From an uncultured Candidatus Rokubacteria bacterium (lineage in GTDB: Bacteria; Methylomirabilota; Methylomirabilia; Rokubacteriales; DASRDR01), in contig CAWDVE010000017.1 in NCBI GenBank assembly GCA_963805625.1, forward strand, positions 288,001 through 352,000: DNA of 64,000 nt. Reading direction: 5' to 3'. Position numbers and translations under genes: made by a program. Under the pieces are notes generated by a model, which searched no databases, was not told where the DNA came from, and was given only the letters and a program-made list of their open reading frames with translations. Within the stretch, counting starts at the first letter, position 1. Every line of letters starts with the position of its first letter. Of this stretch, positions 18,942 to 29,377 are shown in pieces.

Positions 18942-20565
18942 GACCCGCTGGCCCGCCGCCCTGGGGCGCCGCGGGATCGTCGCCTCCCCCCATCCGCTCG
19001 CCACCGTCGCCGGGCTCGAGGTGCTCCTCCACGGCGGCACCGCGGTCGACGCCGCCGTGGCCGTCGGCGCGACGATCGCTGTCGTGTATCCCCACATGAC
19101 GGGTCTCGGCGGCGACAGCTTCTGGCTCTGCTGGGACGCGCGGGCGGCCCGGCTCACGGCGCTCCAGGCCGCGGGCGCCGCCGCGGCGAGGGCGACCCCC
19201 GATCTCTACCGCCGGCACGGGCTCGCCCAGATCCCGACCCGGGGGCCCCTGGCCGCGCTCACGGTGCCCGGGGCCACCGACGGTCTCTGGACCGCTCACC
19301 GCTACAGCCAGGAGCGCCTCGGCTCGACGATGCCCTGGGGGGATCTCCTCCAGGCCGCGATCCGCCACGCGGCCGACGGCATCCTCGTCTCGCCGTGCCA
19401 GTCGCGCGTCACGGCGGGGGCAACCGACTTGCTCACGGCGCGGGAGCCTGCGTTCGCGCCCTTCCGCACGATCTATCTCGACGGCGACGCGGCGCCGGCC
19501 GCGGGGCGGCCGCTCGCCCAGCCCGCTCTCGCGCGTACGCTCGAGCGCCTCGCCCGCGAAGGCGGCCGCGCGTTCTACGAGGGGGACCTCGCGGCCGAGA
19601 TCGGGCGCGCGTGCGAGGCGGCCGGGAGCCCGCTGCGCGCGGGGGACCTCGCCGCCCACCGCTCGCGCTTCGCCGAGCCGGCGACCGTGCCGTACCGCGG
19701 AGGCCTGGCCGCCACGGTCCCGCCGCCCTGCCAAGGGCTGGTCGCACTCGCGGTCCTGGGGATGCTCGACGGGACCGACCTCCGCGCCTGCGCCCGGGAT
19801 CCGGCCGACTACGTCCACGTCGCCGTCGAGGCCACGAAGCTCGCCTTCGCCGATCGCGACCGCTGGCTCGCCGATCCGGAGCACGTCGCCGTGCCGCTCG
19901 GGCGTCTCCTCGCCCCGGCCTATCTCCGGGACCGCGGCCGGCGCATCGCGATGGACCGCGCCGCGCCCGCGACGCTGCCCTCCGGAATCGAGCGCGGGGA
20001 CACGATCGCTTGCGTTACGGCCGATGCGGCGGGGAACTGCGTGTCGCTGATCCAGAGCATCTACCACGAGTGGGGCTCGGGCGTGGTGGCGGGCAAGACG
20101 GGCGTGGTGCTCCAGAATCGTGGCGCGGGCTTCACGCTCGACGCCGCCCACGCGAACGTGCTCGCGCCGGGCAAGCGCCCCTTCCACACGCTCACGCCCT
20201 TCATGTACCTCCGCGACGGGAAGCCGCTCCTGGTTGCGGGAACGATGGGGGGAGAGGGCCAGCCCCAGACGCTCGTGGCGGTCACGACGCGGGTCGTCGA
20301 CCTCGGCCTCGACGTCCAGTCGGCCGTGGAGGCGCCGCGCTGGGTCTACGGCCGGACGTGGGGCGCGCCCACGCGAGCCTTGTCGATCGAGGGGCGGTTC
20401 GGCGACGCGGTGGCCGCGGACCTCGCCCGCCGCGGGCACGTCGTGCGGATGCTCGACTCCTGGAGCGACACGGCCGGGCACGCGCAGGCGCTCCAGTTCG
20501 AGCCGGGTGGGCTTCTCGTCGGGGGTGGCGACCCCCGCGCCGACGGGCCGGCTCTCGGCTGGTGA
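18934..20565 (+). CDS. ggt: Gamma-glutamyltransferase family protein
   Basis: GGTAVDAAVA, GLGGDSF, autoproteolysis GDT, PGKRPFHT, GTMGGEGQPQ, DPRADG. Confidence 0.9.
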
Positions 20566-20714
20566 GCGTGGAGCCCGACGCACAGCGCATTCCCTTCGGT
20601 CCCGGTGACGTGCTCTTCGCCGCCGCCCAGGTCGAGCACCGTTTTGAGGGCTTCTCCGGCGACTTCGCACCCTGGGTCGTTTTCTACGGCCCGCCGGGCG
20701 GCGAGCGCACATAA
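20562..20714 (+). pseudogene. Cupin domain C-terminal fragment
   Basis: RIPFGPGDVLFAAAQVEHRFEGFSGDFAPWVVFYGPPGGE; N-terminal half absent. Confidence 0.6.
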
Positions 20715-20747
20715 GACCCCGTCACGACCCGGGTGACCAGCCCCCCT

Positions 20748-22439
20748 TCACGTGGGTTCGCGCGCGTCGCGCTCTGGGCGGTCACCCGCCGCTGCCACCA
20801 CCGTTGCCAGCCGCGCCACATCCCGGAGCGTGCTCGCGGTCTCGGGCCGGCGATCCGGGCGGACTCGCACGATGCGCGGGAAGCGGAGCGCGTAGCCGGA
20901 CGTGTGTCGCGAGGACTGCTGGAGGTGGTTGAAGGTCACCTCGAGAACGATCTCGGGCCGCACGGTGCGGTAGTGCCCATGGTCCTCGACGGTGAGGGCG
21001 AGGAGTCGCTCGGTCATCGCACGGATCTCGACGTCCGTGAGGCCGTTGTAGGCCTTCCCGATCGTCACCAGGCGCCCCGTGCCCTCGTCGCGCACGGCGA
21101 AGGTGAGATCCGAGAGGACGGCCCGGCGCTTCCCGTGTCCCCACTCGGCGCCCACCACGACGACGTCGAGGGTGTCGAGCGGACGCTTGACCTTGAGCCA
21201 CTGGGCGCCGCGGCGGCCCGACGCGTAGGGCGCCTCCGGCTGCTTGGCCATCAGCCCTTCGTTGCCCCGGGCCTGGGCCGCGACGAAGAGGGCGTCGAGC
21301 TCCTCCGCGCTCGCCGCGGTCCAGACGGGCGCGAGGGTCTGCCCCGGCGGAAGGGCGAGCGTCTCGAGCATGGCGCGCCGGGTCCGCAGCGGCTCCTCGA
21401 GGAGCCCCTGGTCCTCGTGGACCAGGCAGTCGAACGCGACGAAAGCGACGGGGTGCGCGGCCACGACGTCCGGGGCGGGCTCGAGCCGGCCCAGACGCTG
21501 CTGGAGGCGGAGGAAGGGGAGAGCCCGGCCTCCCTCCATCGCGAGAACCTCGCCGTCGAGGACATACCTCCCGGGAGCGGCCGCGAAGGCGGCCACGACT
21601 TCGGGGAACTGCGGGGTGAGCTCGCGCCGATCCCGCGAGAAGAGCCGGACGTCCTCGGACGCCTTGTGGAGCTGGCACCGGACGCCGTCGTACTTGTCCT
21701 CGACCCAGAGCGGCGTGCCCAGGCGCCGGACCGCGTCCGCCGCGTCCGCGGCCGGCTGGGCGAGCATGGGGTCGACGGGCGTGAAGTACGTGAACCGGGC
21801 GGGCTCGAGGCGTCCCCAGCGAGCCTCGAGCGCCACCGCGCCGAGGTCGGCGCGGTGGCGGTTCGCGGCGCGCACCGCCTCGATCGCCTGGCCGGTCGTG
21901 TGGGCGACGGCGTCCTCCAGCGTCTGCTCCTGCACGCCGATCCGTGCGTCGCCGAGCATCGCTTTGACGAACGCGCGGATCGCGCGCCCGTCCATCCGGC
22001 GAAAGGCTTCCCCGAGCAGCGCGGTCTTGGCCCGGGGGCCTCGTGCGGTGTGGAGCGCCTCGAAGCGCGCCGCCACGTCCGTCAGCGGGACGGGGGCCGG
22101 GTCAGCCGGCACGGCGCCGGTCCAGAGCTCGGCGGCGACGTCGCCCGCGTCGGCGTGGCGGCGCCAGGCGGCCGTGACCGTCTCGTCGGTCAGCTCCGGC
22201 CGGGCCGCTCTGAGCGCGGCGTCGAGGGTCGCGCCCCCCACCGAGAGGGTGCGGCCGTCTCCGCGGGGAAAGGGTCGCCCGCCGAGGTAGGTCACTGCGA
22301 GCGGCAGGGCCGCGTCCGGAAGCGCCTGGAGATAGCCGACCAGTAGCCGGCGCTTCTCGAGCCGCGAGCGCGTCGCGCGCAGCGCCTCGAGCACTTGGGC
22401 GAGCGCGTCGAGGGAATCGGGGGTGGACATCAGCGCCAC
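20748..22439 (-). CDS. ATP-dependent DNA ligase (LigB/archaeal-type)
   Basis: PMLAQ, EDKYDGVRCQLH, EGLMAK, WLKVK, ALRFPRI. Confidence 0.93.
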   Translation of the reverse strand: MALMSTPDSLDALAQVLEALRATRSRLEKRRLLVGYLQALPDAALPLAVTYLGGRPFPRGDGRTLSVGGATLDAALRAARPELTDETVTAAWRRHADAGDVAAELWTGAVPADPAPVPLTDVAARFEALHTARGPRAKTALLGEAFRRMDGRAIRAFVKAMLGDARIGVQEQTLEDAVAHTTGQAIEAVRAANRHRADLGAVALEARWGRLEPARFTYFTPVDPMLAQPAADAADAVRRLGTPLWVEDKYDGVRCQLHKASEDVRLFSRDRRELTPQFPEVVAAFAAAPGRYVLDGEVLAMEGGRALPFLRLQQRLGRLEPAPDVVAAHPVAFVAFDCLVHEDQGLLEEPLRTRRAMLETLALPPGQTLAPVWTAASAEELDALFVAAQARGNEGLMAKQPEAPYASGRRGAQWLKVKRPLDTLDVVVVGAEWGHGKRRAVLSDLTFAVRDEGTGRLVTIGKAYNGLTDVEIRAMTERLLALTVEDHGHYRTVRPEIVLEVTFNHLQQSSRHTSGYALRFPRIVRVRPDRRPETASTLRDVARLATVVAAAGDRPERDAREPT

Positions 22440-22880
22440 CAGCCAGTTACCCGGAGGCTACACCAGGGACTGCCGTGCGGGCCACCCGCGACGTTCGCGC
22501 CAGCAAGATGTATCGGACAGCTCGGTACCGATCATCACCTCGCGCCCGTACGCCTCGAGAAGCGCTGCACCAGGGACGGGGCCTCGAACGCTCCGATCGC
22601 CAAGTGCGCGAGGCCACGGATCCCACCACATGCGGTGATCGACCACCGTCGGTCATGGCGAATGGGGCGGGATCTCGGGGAGTGCTGGTGGCCGCACGAG
22701 TAAACTCGACCGATATAACGAGCAGTTCGAGACGGTGCGGCGCAGGTCGCATCGTGGTATGGTGAACTATGTTTGCGGTCCCGCGCGCGTGACGAATGCG
22801 ACGAAGGTGTGGGTGCTCGTCGTTTGCGGCTCGCGGCCGCGTGGAGATCAGCTCATGAGTCGGAAAGGAAGGGTCGAAAG

Positions 22881-23327
22881 ATGATGAGCCGTCGGTTGAT
22901 CGCGGCTGTCGTCCTTGGAGGTCTCGTGGTTCTGCTCGCTGGGTCCGTCCCGGCCCAGGATGCCAAGAAGCCCGATGCCACCGTGAAGCTCTCGGAGGGG
23001 ACAGTAGCCGCGGGTATCGGGTGGAGCTGGGGCAAGGGCACTCTCACGTACAAGGGTAAGGCTCATCGCTTCAAGGTCGAGGGCCTCAGCGTGGGCGACG
23101 TGGGTATCACCAAGGCGGAAGCGACGGGCAACGTGTTCAACTTGAAGAAGGTCGAGGACTTCAGCGGCATCTATCGCGCCGCGGCCGTCGGAGGCACAGC
23201 GGTCAAGGGAGCCGGAGCCACGGCTCTGCAGAACGAGAAGGGTGTGGTGATCGAGTTGAAGAGCGCGACCAAGGGTGCTGAGCTCAAGATCGCGCTGGAA
23301 GGATTGAAGCTGGCCCTCGACAAGTAG
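22881..23327 (+). CDS. Secreted DUF1134-like protein
   Basis: Signal peptide, GIGWSWGKGTLTYKGK..FKVEGLSVGD. Confidence 0.65.
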   Translation: MMSRRLIAAVVLGGLVVLLAGSVPAQDAKKPDATVKLSEGTVAAGIGWSWGKGTLTYKGKAHRFKVEGLSVGDVGITKAEATGNVFNLKKVEDFSGIYRAAAVGGTAVKGAGATALQNEKGVVIELKSATKGAELKIALEGLKLALDK

Positions 23328-23471
23328 TCCGAGTACGGCCCGGGAAGCCGGGCCACCACTGTCCCCGCGATTCTTGGGGCTTCGTTGGGGGCGGGCTCGC
23401 GCTGCGCGCCGTACGCTGCGCCCGGCGCTCACCGATTTCGAGATTGACGTGCACGAGGACCGGGCGGGATC

Positions 23472-24002
23472 ATGCCGCCCGTGAGCTCGCCCCTGCCCGG
23501 CATCGCGATGGCCCGCAACGGCACCGAGTTCGGGATCCGCCTTGCGGGGTGCGGGACCCACTGGTTCACGGCACCCGTGGAGACGCCCCGCGGGCTCTTC
23601 TTCCCGGGATTCGGGCCCGACGACGCGAACCCCGATCTGGGCGATTCGGCCATCGTCGAGACGATCGGGCTCGGCGGGATGGCCATGGCCGCCTCGCCGG
23701 CGGCCGCGCGCTTCGTCGGCGCCGGCGGGCTCGATGCGGCGCTCGCCGTCACCGCCGACATGCACGGCATCACGCTCGGGGAGCACCCGCACTTCCGCAT
23801 CGCGACGGACGGAGACCGTGGCGCACCCGTTGGCATCGACGTGCGACGCGTCGTGGAGACCGGAATCACGCCGCTCATCAACACCGGCATCGCGCGCCGC
23901 CGGGCCGGCACCGGCCAGGTCGGCGCCGGGACGGTTCGGGCGCCGCTCGGCGGCTTCACCAGGGCTCTCGAGGCGCTCGCCCGGTCCCGCGGGGCGGCGT
24001 GA
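23472..24002 (+). pseudogene. DUF1116 (YlbE/AllG-like) C-terminal fragment
   Basis: MARNGTEFGIR, DANPDLGDSAIVETIGLGG, INTGIA; much shorter than full-length members. Confidence 0.7.
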
Positions 24003-24946
24003 GCCTACCGCGCGATCCCCGATTGCTTGTCGTTGCGCTCGGGGGCCGGGCGCTCCAGGGCCCGGGCCGGCCCCCCGGGCACGCTGCATGGCTTCGGGCG
24101 CTCGAGCGGAGCCTCCCGCCCCTCGTCGACGTCGCGGCCGCCGGATTCCGACTCGTGCTGGTCCACGGGGGCGTGCCGCCCGGAGAGGGCGGCCGCCGCG
24201 CGGGGCCGGGCCGCTCTACGCCCCCGCCGCTCGCGCTGGATCTCCGCGCCGCGGAGACCCAGGGCGCGGCCGGCTACGGGATCCAGCAAGCATTCGGAAA
24301 CCTGTGCCGCGCCCGAGGGATCGCGATACCCATCGCCGTGGTCGTGACGCGCGTGGAGGTAGCCCCGGACGATCCTACCTTTCACCGGCCAACCCAGCCC
24401 GTCGGGCCGCCCTACTCGGCGGCCCAGGCGAGGCGGCTCGGGCGCGAGAGGGGCTGGACCTTTCTCGGGAGCGCCACCGCGCGCCGTCGCGCGGTGCCCT
24501 CGCCCCGGCCGCGGCGCGTGCTCGAGGCCGACGTGATCCGCCGGCTAGCGGACACCGGCGCGCTCACGATCGCCGCCGGCGGCGGCGGAGTGCCGGTGAT
24601 CGAGACGGCCGAAGGCTATCGGGGCGTCGAGGCGATCCTCCAGGTGGACGCGACAGCGGGACTTCTCGCGACGGCGCTCGCCGCGGACCGCCTGGTCTTC
24701 CTCACTGGCGTCGACCAGGTCGAGGTGGGCCACCGCACGGAGCGCGTGATCGGGATCGAGCGCCTCTCGCTCGCGGAGGCCCGCGCGCTCCTGACGGCGC
24801 GCGAGTTCCCTTCGGGCTCGATCGGCCCGAAGATGGAGGCGGCGGTCGCCTTCGTCGAGGCGGGCGGCCGCGAGGGGATCATCACGTCGCTGGCGGCTGT
24901 CCACGCGGCGCTCGACGGCCGCGCCGGCACCCGGGTCGTGCCCTGA
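23999..24946 (+). CDS. Carbamate kinase-like protein (divergent)
   Basis: VVALGG, RRAVPSPRP, AAGGGGVPV, GSIGPKMEAA, AGTRV; several catalytic motifs altered. Confidence 0.8.
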   Translation: MSLPRDPRLLVVALGGRALQGPGRPPGHAAWLRALERSLPPLVDVAAAGFRLVLVHGGVPPGEGGRRAGPGRSTPPPLALDLRAAETQGAAGYGIQQAFGNLCRARGIAIPIAVVVTRVEVAPDDPTFHRPTQPVGPPYSAAQARRLGRERGWTFLGSATARRRAVPSPRPRRVLEADVIRRLADTGALTIAAGGGGVPVIETAEGYRGVEAILQVDATAGLLATALAADRLVFLTGVDQVEVGHRTERVIGIERLSLAEARALLTAREFPSGSIGPKMEAAVAFVEAGGREGIITSLAAVHAALDGRAGTRVVP

Positions 24947-24997
24947 TGCCGCCCCGCCCCGAGATGACGGGCGCCGCGCGCCCGTAGTACGCTCGCG

Positions 24998-25537
24998 ATG
25001 ATGGCCAGCTGGTGGGTGACCCTCGTCGTCGGGCTCGCCGTCCTCCTGTTCGGCCGGCGGCTCTTCTGGCTCTTCGTCGGAGCGGCCGGCTTCGCGGTCG
25101 GGCTCCACTTGGCGCCGGCCGCGCTCCCCGACAGCCCCGAGTGGCTCGTCGTCGTGGCTGCGCTCGTCCTCGGGATCATCGGCGCGGTGCTGGCGATCGT
25201 GCTCCAGTGGCTGGCCGCCGCCCTGGGCGGGTTCGTCGTCGGGGTCCACGGCGGCCTCGCCGCGGCGGCCGCCCTCGGGCTCGACGGACCGTGGCTCTGG
25301 GCCGGGGTGTTCGCGGCGGGGGTCGTCGTCGCTGCCCTCGTCCTCTGGCTGTGGGATCCGGTCCTGATCCTCCTCTCGGCGCTAGTCGGCGCCGCACTGC
25401 TGACACCGCTCCTCCCGGTTCCTCCGGTCGCGCGCCCCTGGCTGTTCCTCGCCCTCGTCATCGTGGGCATCGCCGTTCAGGTGAGCGTCCTCGCCCCGCC
25501 GGCTGGCGCGGCGCCGTCGCGCGGGCGGCGCGCCTGA
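24998..25537 (+). CDS. DUF4203-like membrane protein
   Basis: Highly hydrophobic; LLFGRRLFWLFVGAAGF, GIAVQ. Confidence 0.7.
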   Translation: MMASWWVTLVVGLAVLLFGRRLFWLFVGAAGFAVGLHLAPAALPDSPEWLVVVAALVLGIIGAVLAIVLQWLAAALGGFVVGVHGGLAAAAALGLDGPWLWAGVFAAGVVVAALVLWLWDPVLILLSALVGAALLTPLLPVPPVARPWLFLALVIVGIAVQVSVLAPPAGAAPSRGRRA

Positions 25538-25557
25538 GCAAGGAGACCTGAAAAGCC

Positions 25558-26613
25558 ATGCGCGGAGTCGTGTTTCTCGGTGAGCGCCAGCTCGAGCTGA
25601 GGGAGTTTCCCGACCCCAGGCCGGGGCCGGGCGAGGTCGTGCTGGCCATGAAAGCGTCGGGGATGTGCGGGAGCGACCTCCATCCCTACCGGGCATCGCG
25701 GAGCGGCGGTGCGGCCAAGAGCCTCGGGCTCGGTGGCGCAGGCGGCCCCTGCATCGCCGGTCATGAGCCGTGCGGCGTGGTGGTCGAGCGGGGGCCGGGT
25801 GTGCTCGACGCCGACGCGCCGACGGGCGCCCGCGTCATGAACCACCACTACAAGGGGTGCGGGCACTGCAAGCACTGCCGTGCCGGCTGGGCGCAGCTCT
25901 GCCCTCGCGGGATCGTGGTCTACGGCATGACCGGCCACGGCGGCCACGCGCCGTTCATGACCGTCCCGGTCTCGACCCTCGTGCCGCTGCCGGAGGAGCT
26001 TTCCTTCGAGGAGGGCGCCGCCATCTCGTGCGGCACCGGCACCGCGTACCAGGCGCTCCGGCGCCTGGACGTTTCCGGCCGGGACACGCTCGCGGTCTTC
26101 GGCCAGGGGCCGGTCGGTCTCTCCGCCACCATGCTCGGGGTGGCGATGGGAGCGCGCGTCGTCGCGATCGACGTGGGCAGCGAGCGTCGCGAGCTCGGGC
26201 GGCAGTTCGGCGCCGATGCCGTCGTCGATCCCGGCGCGACGGACGTCGTGGCGGCCCTGAAGACCTTCACCGACGGCGAAGGCGTGGACGCGGCGCTCGA
26301 CTGCTCGGGGCAGCCGGACGCCCGCCTGGCGGCGGTGCGGGCCACGCGGACCTGGGGGCGAATCGGGTTCGTCGGCGAAGGCAACCGGGTCACCTTCGAC
26401 GTCAGCCCGGACCTCCTACGGCGCCAGCTGACGCTCCACGCATCGTGGACCTTCAGCACCTTGATCCAGGAGGAGTGCGCCCGGTTCATCGTGCGGCGCC
26501 AGGTGCCGCTCGCGCGTCTCCTCACACACCGCTTCCGGCTCGCCGAGGCGACCGATGCCTACCGGCTCTTCGACACGCAGACGACCGGCAAGGGCGTCTT
26601 CGTCTTCGACTGA
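25558..26613 (+). CDS. Zinc-binding alcohol/polyol dehydrogenase
   Basis: CGSDLH, GHEPCG, CxxCxxC...C, GQGPVG. Confidence 0.92.
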   Translation: MRGVVFLGERQLELREFPDPRPGPGEVVLAMKASGMCGSDLHPYRASRSGGAAKSLGLGGAGGPCIAGHEPCGVVVERGPGVLDADAPTGARVMNHHYKGCGHCKHCRAGWAQLCPRGIVVYGMTGHGGHAPFMTVPVSTLVPLPEELSFEEGAAISCGTGTAYQALRRLDVSGRDTLAVFGQGPVGLSATMLGVAMGARVVAIDVGSERRELGRQFGADAVVDPGATDVVAALKTFTDGEGVDAALDCSGQPDARLAAVRATRTWGRIGFVGEGNRVTFDVSPDLLRRQLTLHASWTFSTLIQEECARFIVRRQVPLARLLTHRFRLAEATDAYRLFDTQTTGKGVFVFD

Positions 26614-26618
26614 GCCAG

Positions 26619-26742
26619 ATGATCGGGCGCATCGTCCAGATCAACGTCTCGTCGGGCGGCGTGCCGAAGCGCCCCGTGCCCCGCGCCCGTGTCATGCGCT
26701 CGGGGATCGAGGGGGACGCCCACCGTCGGGCTCGGAGGCTGA
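26619..26742 (+). pseudogene. MOSC (YiiM-like) N-terminal fragment
   Basis: MIGRIVQINVSSGGVPKRPV...GIEGD, then truncated. Confidence 0.65.
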
Positions 26743-26745
26743 GGG

Positions 26746-27417
26746 GTGACGATCGTCGACCTGTCGATGCCGATCCGTCCGCACGTCCGCTGGAGGACGG
26801 AGGTGACGGTCCTCTCGGAGTTCGAGGATCCGTCCCATCCGTTCCGCTCGAGTCGCCTCGCGATGCCCGGGCACGGCTTCACCCATTGCGACGGCTTCAA
26901 CCACTTCATTCCCGACGGGACGACCGTCGACCGGATGCCGATCGAGACCTGGGTCGGCGACGCGGCGGTGGTGGATCTCACCCACGTCGGAGCGAACACG
27001 GCGGTCGACGCGGCCGATCTCGAGGCGCGAGGCGGGCACGTGCGCCGGGGAGACATCGCGCTCCTCCGGACCGACTGGCCGCTCCGGCGGTCGTGCGAGA
27101 CGCTCGCGTTCTGGACGGATGCGCCCTGGACGAGCCTCGCGGCCTGCCGGTGGCTCGTCGCGCGCGGGGTCAAGGCCGTGGGGTACGACTACCCGCCGGA
27201 CCAGCCGGTCCGTGAGCTCGTCACCGGCCTCCGGCGCCCGATCGCGCCGGAGGAGTGGGCGACCCACCACACGTTCTTCCCCGCGGGGATCGGCGTCATC
27301 GAGTACCTGGTGAACCTCGACCGTCTGGGCCGCGACCGGGTGTGGTTCGCCGCGCTCCCGCTCAAGCTCGATGGCGGAGACGGCGCGCCTGCTCGTGCCA
27401 TCGCGATCCTGGACTGA
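26746..27417 (+). CDS. Cyclase family metal-dependent hydrolase (KynB-like)
   Basis: IVDLS, HGFTHCDGFNH, IEYLVNL, LPLKLDGGDGAPARAIA. Confidence 0.88.
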   Translation: MTIVDLSMPIRPHVRWRTEVTVLSEFEDPSHPFRSSRLAMPGHGFTHCDGFNHFIPDGTTVDRMPIETWVGDAAVVDLTHVGANTAVDAADLEARGGHVRRGDIALLRTDWPLRRSCETLAFWTDAPWTSLAACRWLVARGVKAVGYDYPPDQPVRELVTGLRRPIAPEEWATHHTFFPAGIGVIEYLVNLDRLGRDRVWFAALPLKLDGGDGAPARAIAILD

Positions 27418-27489
27418 CTGCGCTCGCGGGCGGCCGCCGGGCTGGCCACCGCGCCGGTCACGCTGTGGGCCGGTCATGAAGTCGGGTCG

Positions 27490-27750
27490 CTACGTCTTCC
27501 AGGTGCGCGCCGTGCGGTCGAGCACCTGGGTGGCGAGCAGGAGGCAGAGCCCCCCGAGCGTGAGCCAGGCCGGGTCGACGCCGTGCCACGGCTGGGTAAT
27601 CCATCCGGCCAGGACGGCCAGCGCGACGAGCGCGGTGATCCGGTCGTTCCGGGATGGCAGGCCGAGCATCTCGAGCTGGGCGTGGAGGAGGGTCGCCCGC
27701 ATCGGGGTGGGCTCTGCCGGACGGTGGCGCCAGGCGATCCACGACAGCGC
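27490..27750 (-). pseudogene. DASS/SLC13 permease fragment
   Basis: QLEMLGLPSRND...WITQPWHGVDPAWL. Confidence 0.5.
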
Positions 27751-27843
27751 GCCCTAGAGGGAGGGGCAGGGTCTGTCAAGGCGCCCGCCGTCCCCGTCTC
27801 GGCCGGCCTCGGCAAGGCCGCGAGCCTCGCGTATCCTCGATCG

Positions 27844-29067
27844 GTGAGCCGCTCGGAGCCGTTCGACCTCGTGCTTTCGGGGTGCCGGCTGGCCCCCGAG
27901 GGCCGACCCGCCGACATCGGGATCCGCGGGGGCCGGATCGGCGCGCTCGGCGATCTCGCCGGGGCCGCCGCGCGGCTGCGTCTTGACGGGGAGAGGCGCT
28001 TCGTCGTGCCGGGCTTCGTCGATTCGCACCTCCACCTGGACAAGGCGTATCTCCTCGACCGCGCGCCGAGTCAGGAGGGAACGCTCGCGGAAGCCATCCG
28101 CGTCACCGCCGAGGCCAAGCGGACCTTCACCGTCGAGGACATCCAGGTCCGTGCCCGGAGGCTCCTCGACCGCGCCGCCGCGCTGGGCACGACGGCGATG
28201 CGCGGCCACGTGGAGGTCGATCCAATCGTGGGTCTCCGGGCCGTGGAGGCGGTCCTCCCGCTGCGCCGCGAGTACGCCGACCGCCTCGACCTTCAGGTCT
28301 GCGCCTTCGCCCAGGAGGGGATCCAGCAAGCGCCGGGGACGGAGGCCCTCCTGCGCGAGGCGCTCCGGGCCGGCGCCGACCTCGTCGGTGGGTGCCCCTA
28401 CAACGACACCGACGGCGCCGCGCACGTGGACCGCGTGTTCGCCCTCGCGCGCGAGTTCGCCTGCGACGTGGACTTCCACGCCGACTTCGCCGACGAGCCG
28501 GTGCATCGGCACGTGGAGGTGATCATCGATCGGACCGAGCGCCATGGCTGGCAAGGGCGCGTCGCGGTCGGCCACCTCACCGAGCTGGCCGCGTGCGAGG
28601 AGGCCGAGCAGGCGCGGATCGCGCGGCGGCTCCACACGGCCGGAATCGCCGTGATCACGCTGCCGGCGACCGATCTCTATCTCATGGGGCGGCGCGACAC
28701 CCGGAACGTCCGCCGGGGACTCACGCCGGTCAAACGGCTCCTCGCGGCCGGGGTGACGGTCGCCGCCGCCACGAACAACGTCCAGAACGCCTTCACGCCC
28801 GCGGGCAACGCCGATCCGCTCCTCCTCACGTACCTCCTCGTCGTCGGCGCGCACATGGGCGGGGAGACCGACATGGCGGCGGCGCTCGACATGGTCACGG
28901 TCGCGCCGGCCCGGATTCTCGGCCGCCGCGACCACGGGCTCGCGGTCGGATGTCGGGCCGATCTGGTCGTGCTCGACGCGTTGACGCTTGCGGAAACGGT
29001 CGGCGGCTTGCCGGCGCGGGCCCTCGTCGTCAAGGGCGGGCGCGTCCAGGCGCGCGCGGGCTGCTGA
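27844..29067 (+). CDS. Amidohydrolase family deaminase (cytosine deaminase-like)
   Basis: PGFVDSHLHLDKA, AFAQEG, DFHAD, GHLT, NNVQNAFTPAG; GTG start 6 nt after TATCCT. Confidence 0.88.
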   Translation: MSRSEPFDLVLSGCRLAPEGRPADIGIRGGRIGALGDLAGAAARLRLDGERRFVVPGFVDSHLHLDKAYLLDRAPSQEGTLAEAIRVTAEAKRTFTVEDIQVRARRLLDRAAALGTTAMRGHVEVDPIVGLRAVEAVLPLRREYADRLDLQVCAFAQEGIQQAPGTEALLREALRAGADLVGGCPYNDTDGAAHVDRVFALAREFACDVDFHADFADEPVHRHVEVIIDRTERHGWQGRVAVGHLTELAACEEAEQARIARRLHTAGIAVITLPATDLYLMGRRDTRNVRRGLTPVKRLLAAGVTVAAATNNVQNAFTPAGNADPLLLTYLLVVGAHMGGETDMAAALDMVTVAPARILGRRDHGLAVGCRADLVVLDALTLAETVGGLPARALVVKGGRVQARAGC

Positions 29068-29109
29068 GGGCCAGGCGCCTTGGGTGGCCGGACCGAGCCG
29101 GACCTCGCC

Positions 29110-29240
29110 GGACAGCGGTCCGCAGACGCCGCTCTCCGGGGCGGGCTTCAGGCTGGACTCGGTGGAGCTGCTCGAGGTCGTCGTCGCCTGCGAGTGTGAG
29201 TTCGGGATCATGTTCGACGCGACCCGGGACCTGGCAGCCA
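29110..29240 (+). pseudogene. Acyl carrier protein fragment
   Basis: TPLSGAGFRLDSVELLEVVVACECEFGI (LDS phosphopantetheine motif); no start codon. Confidence 0.5.
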
Positions 29241-29377
29241 AGATCGCCCGGCACGAGGCGAGGTCCCGCACGGGATCGCGGTCGGAGGGCGAGGGCCCGG
29301 TCTGCTCTGCTGGTCGAGGCATACGTCCGATACCTCGCGCTGGCGCCGTGGCCGACGCCCGCAGCGGGTGGGCGCAC

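Noticed and set aside
22440-22760. Small ORFs and a 14-bp imperfect repeat (GCTRCACCAGGGAC) between the ligase and the DUF1134-like gene
   Set aside because: No recognisable motif or RBS; the repeat is too short to be significant.
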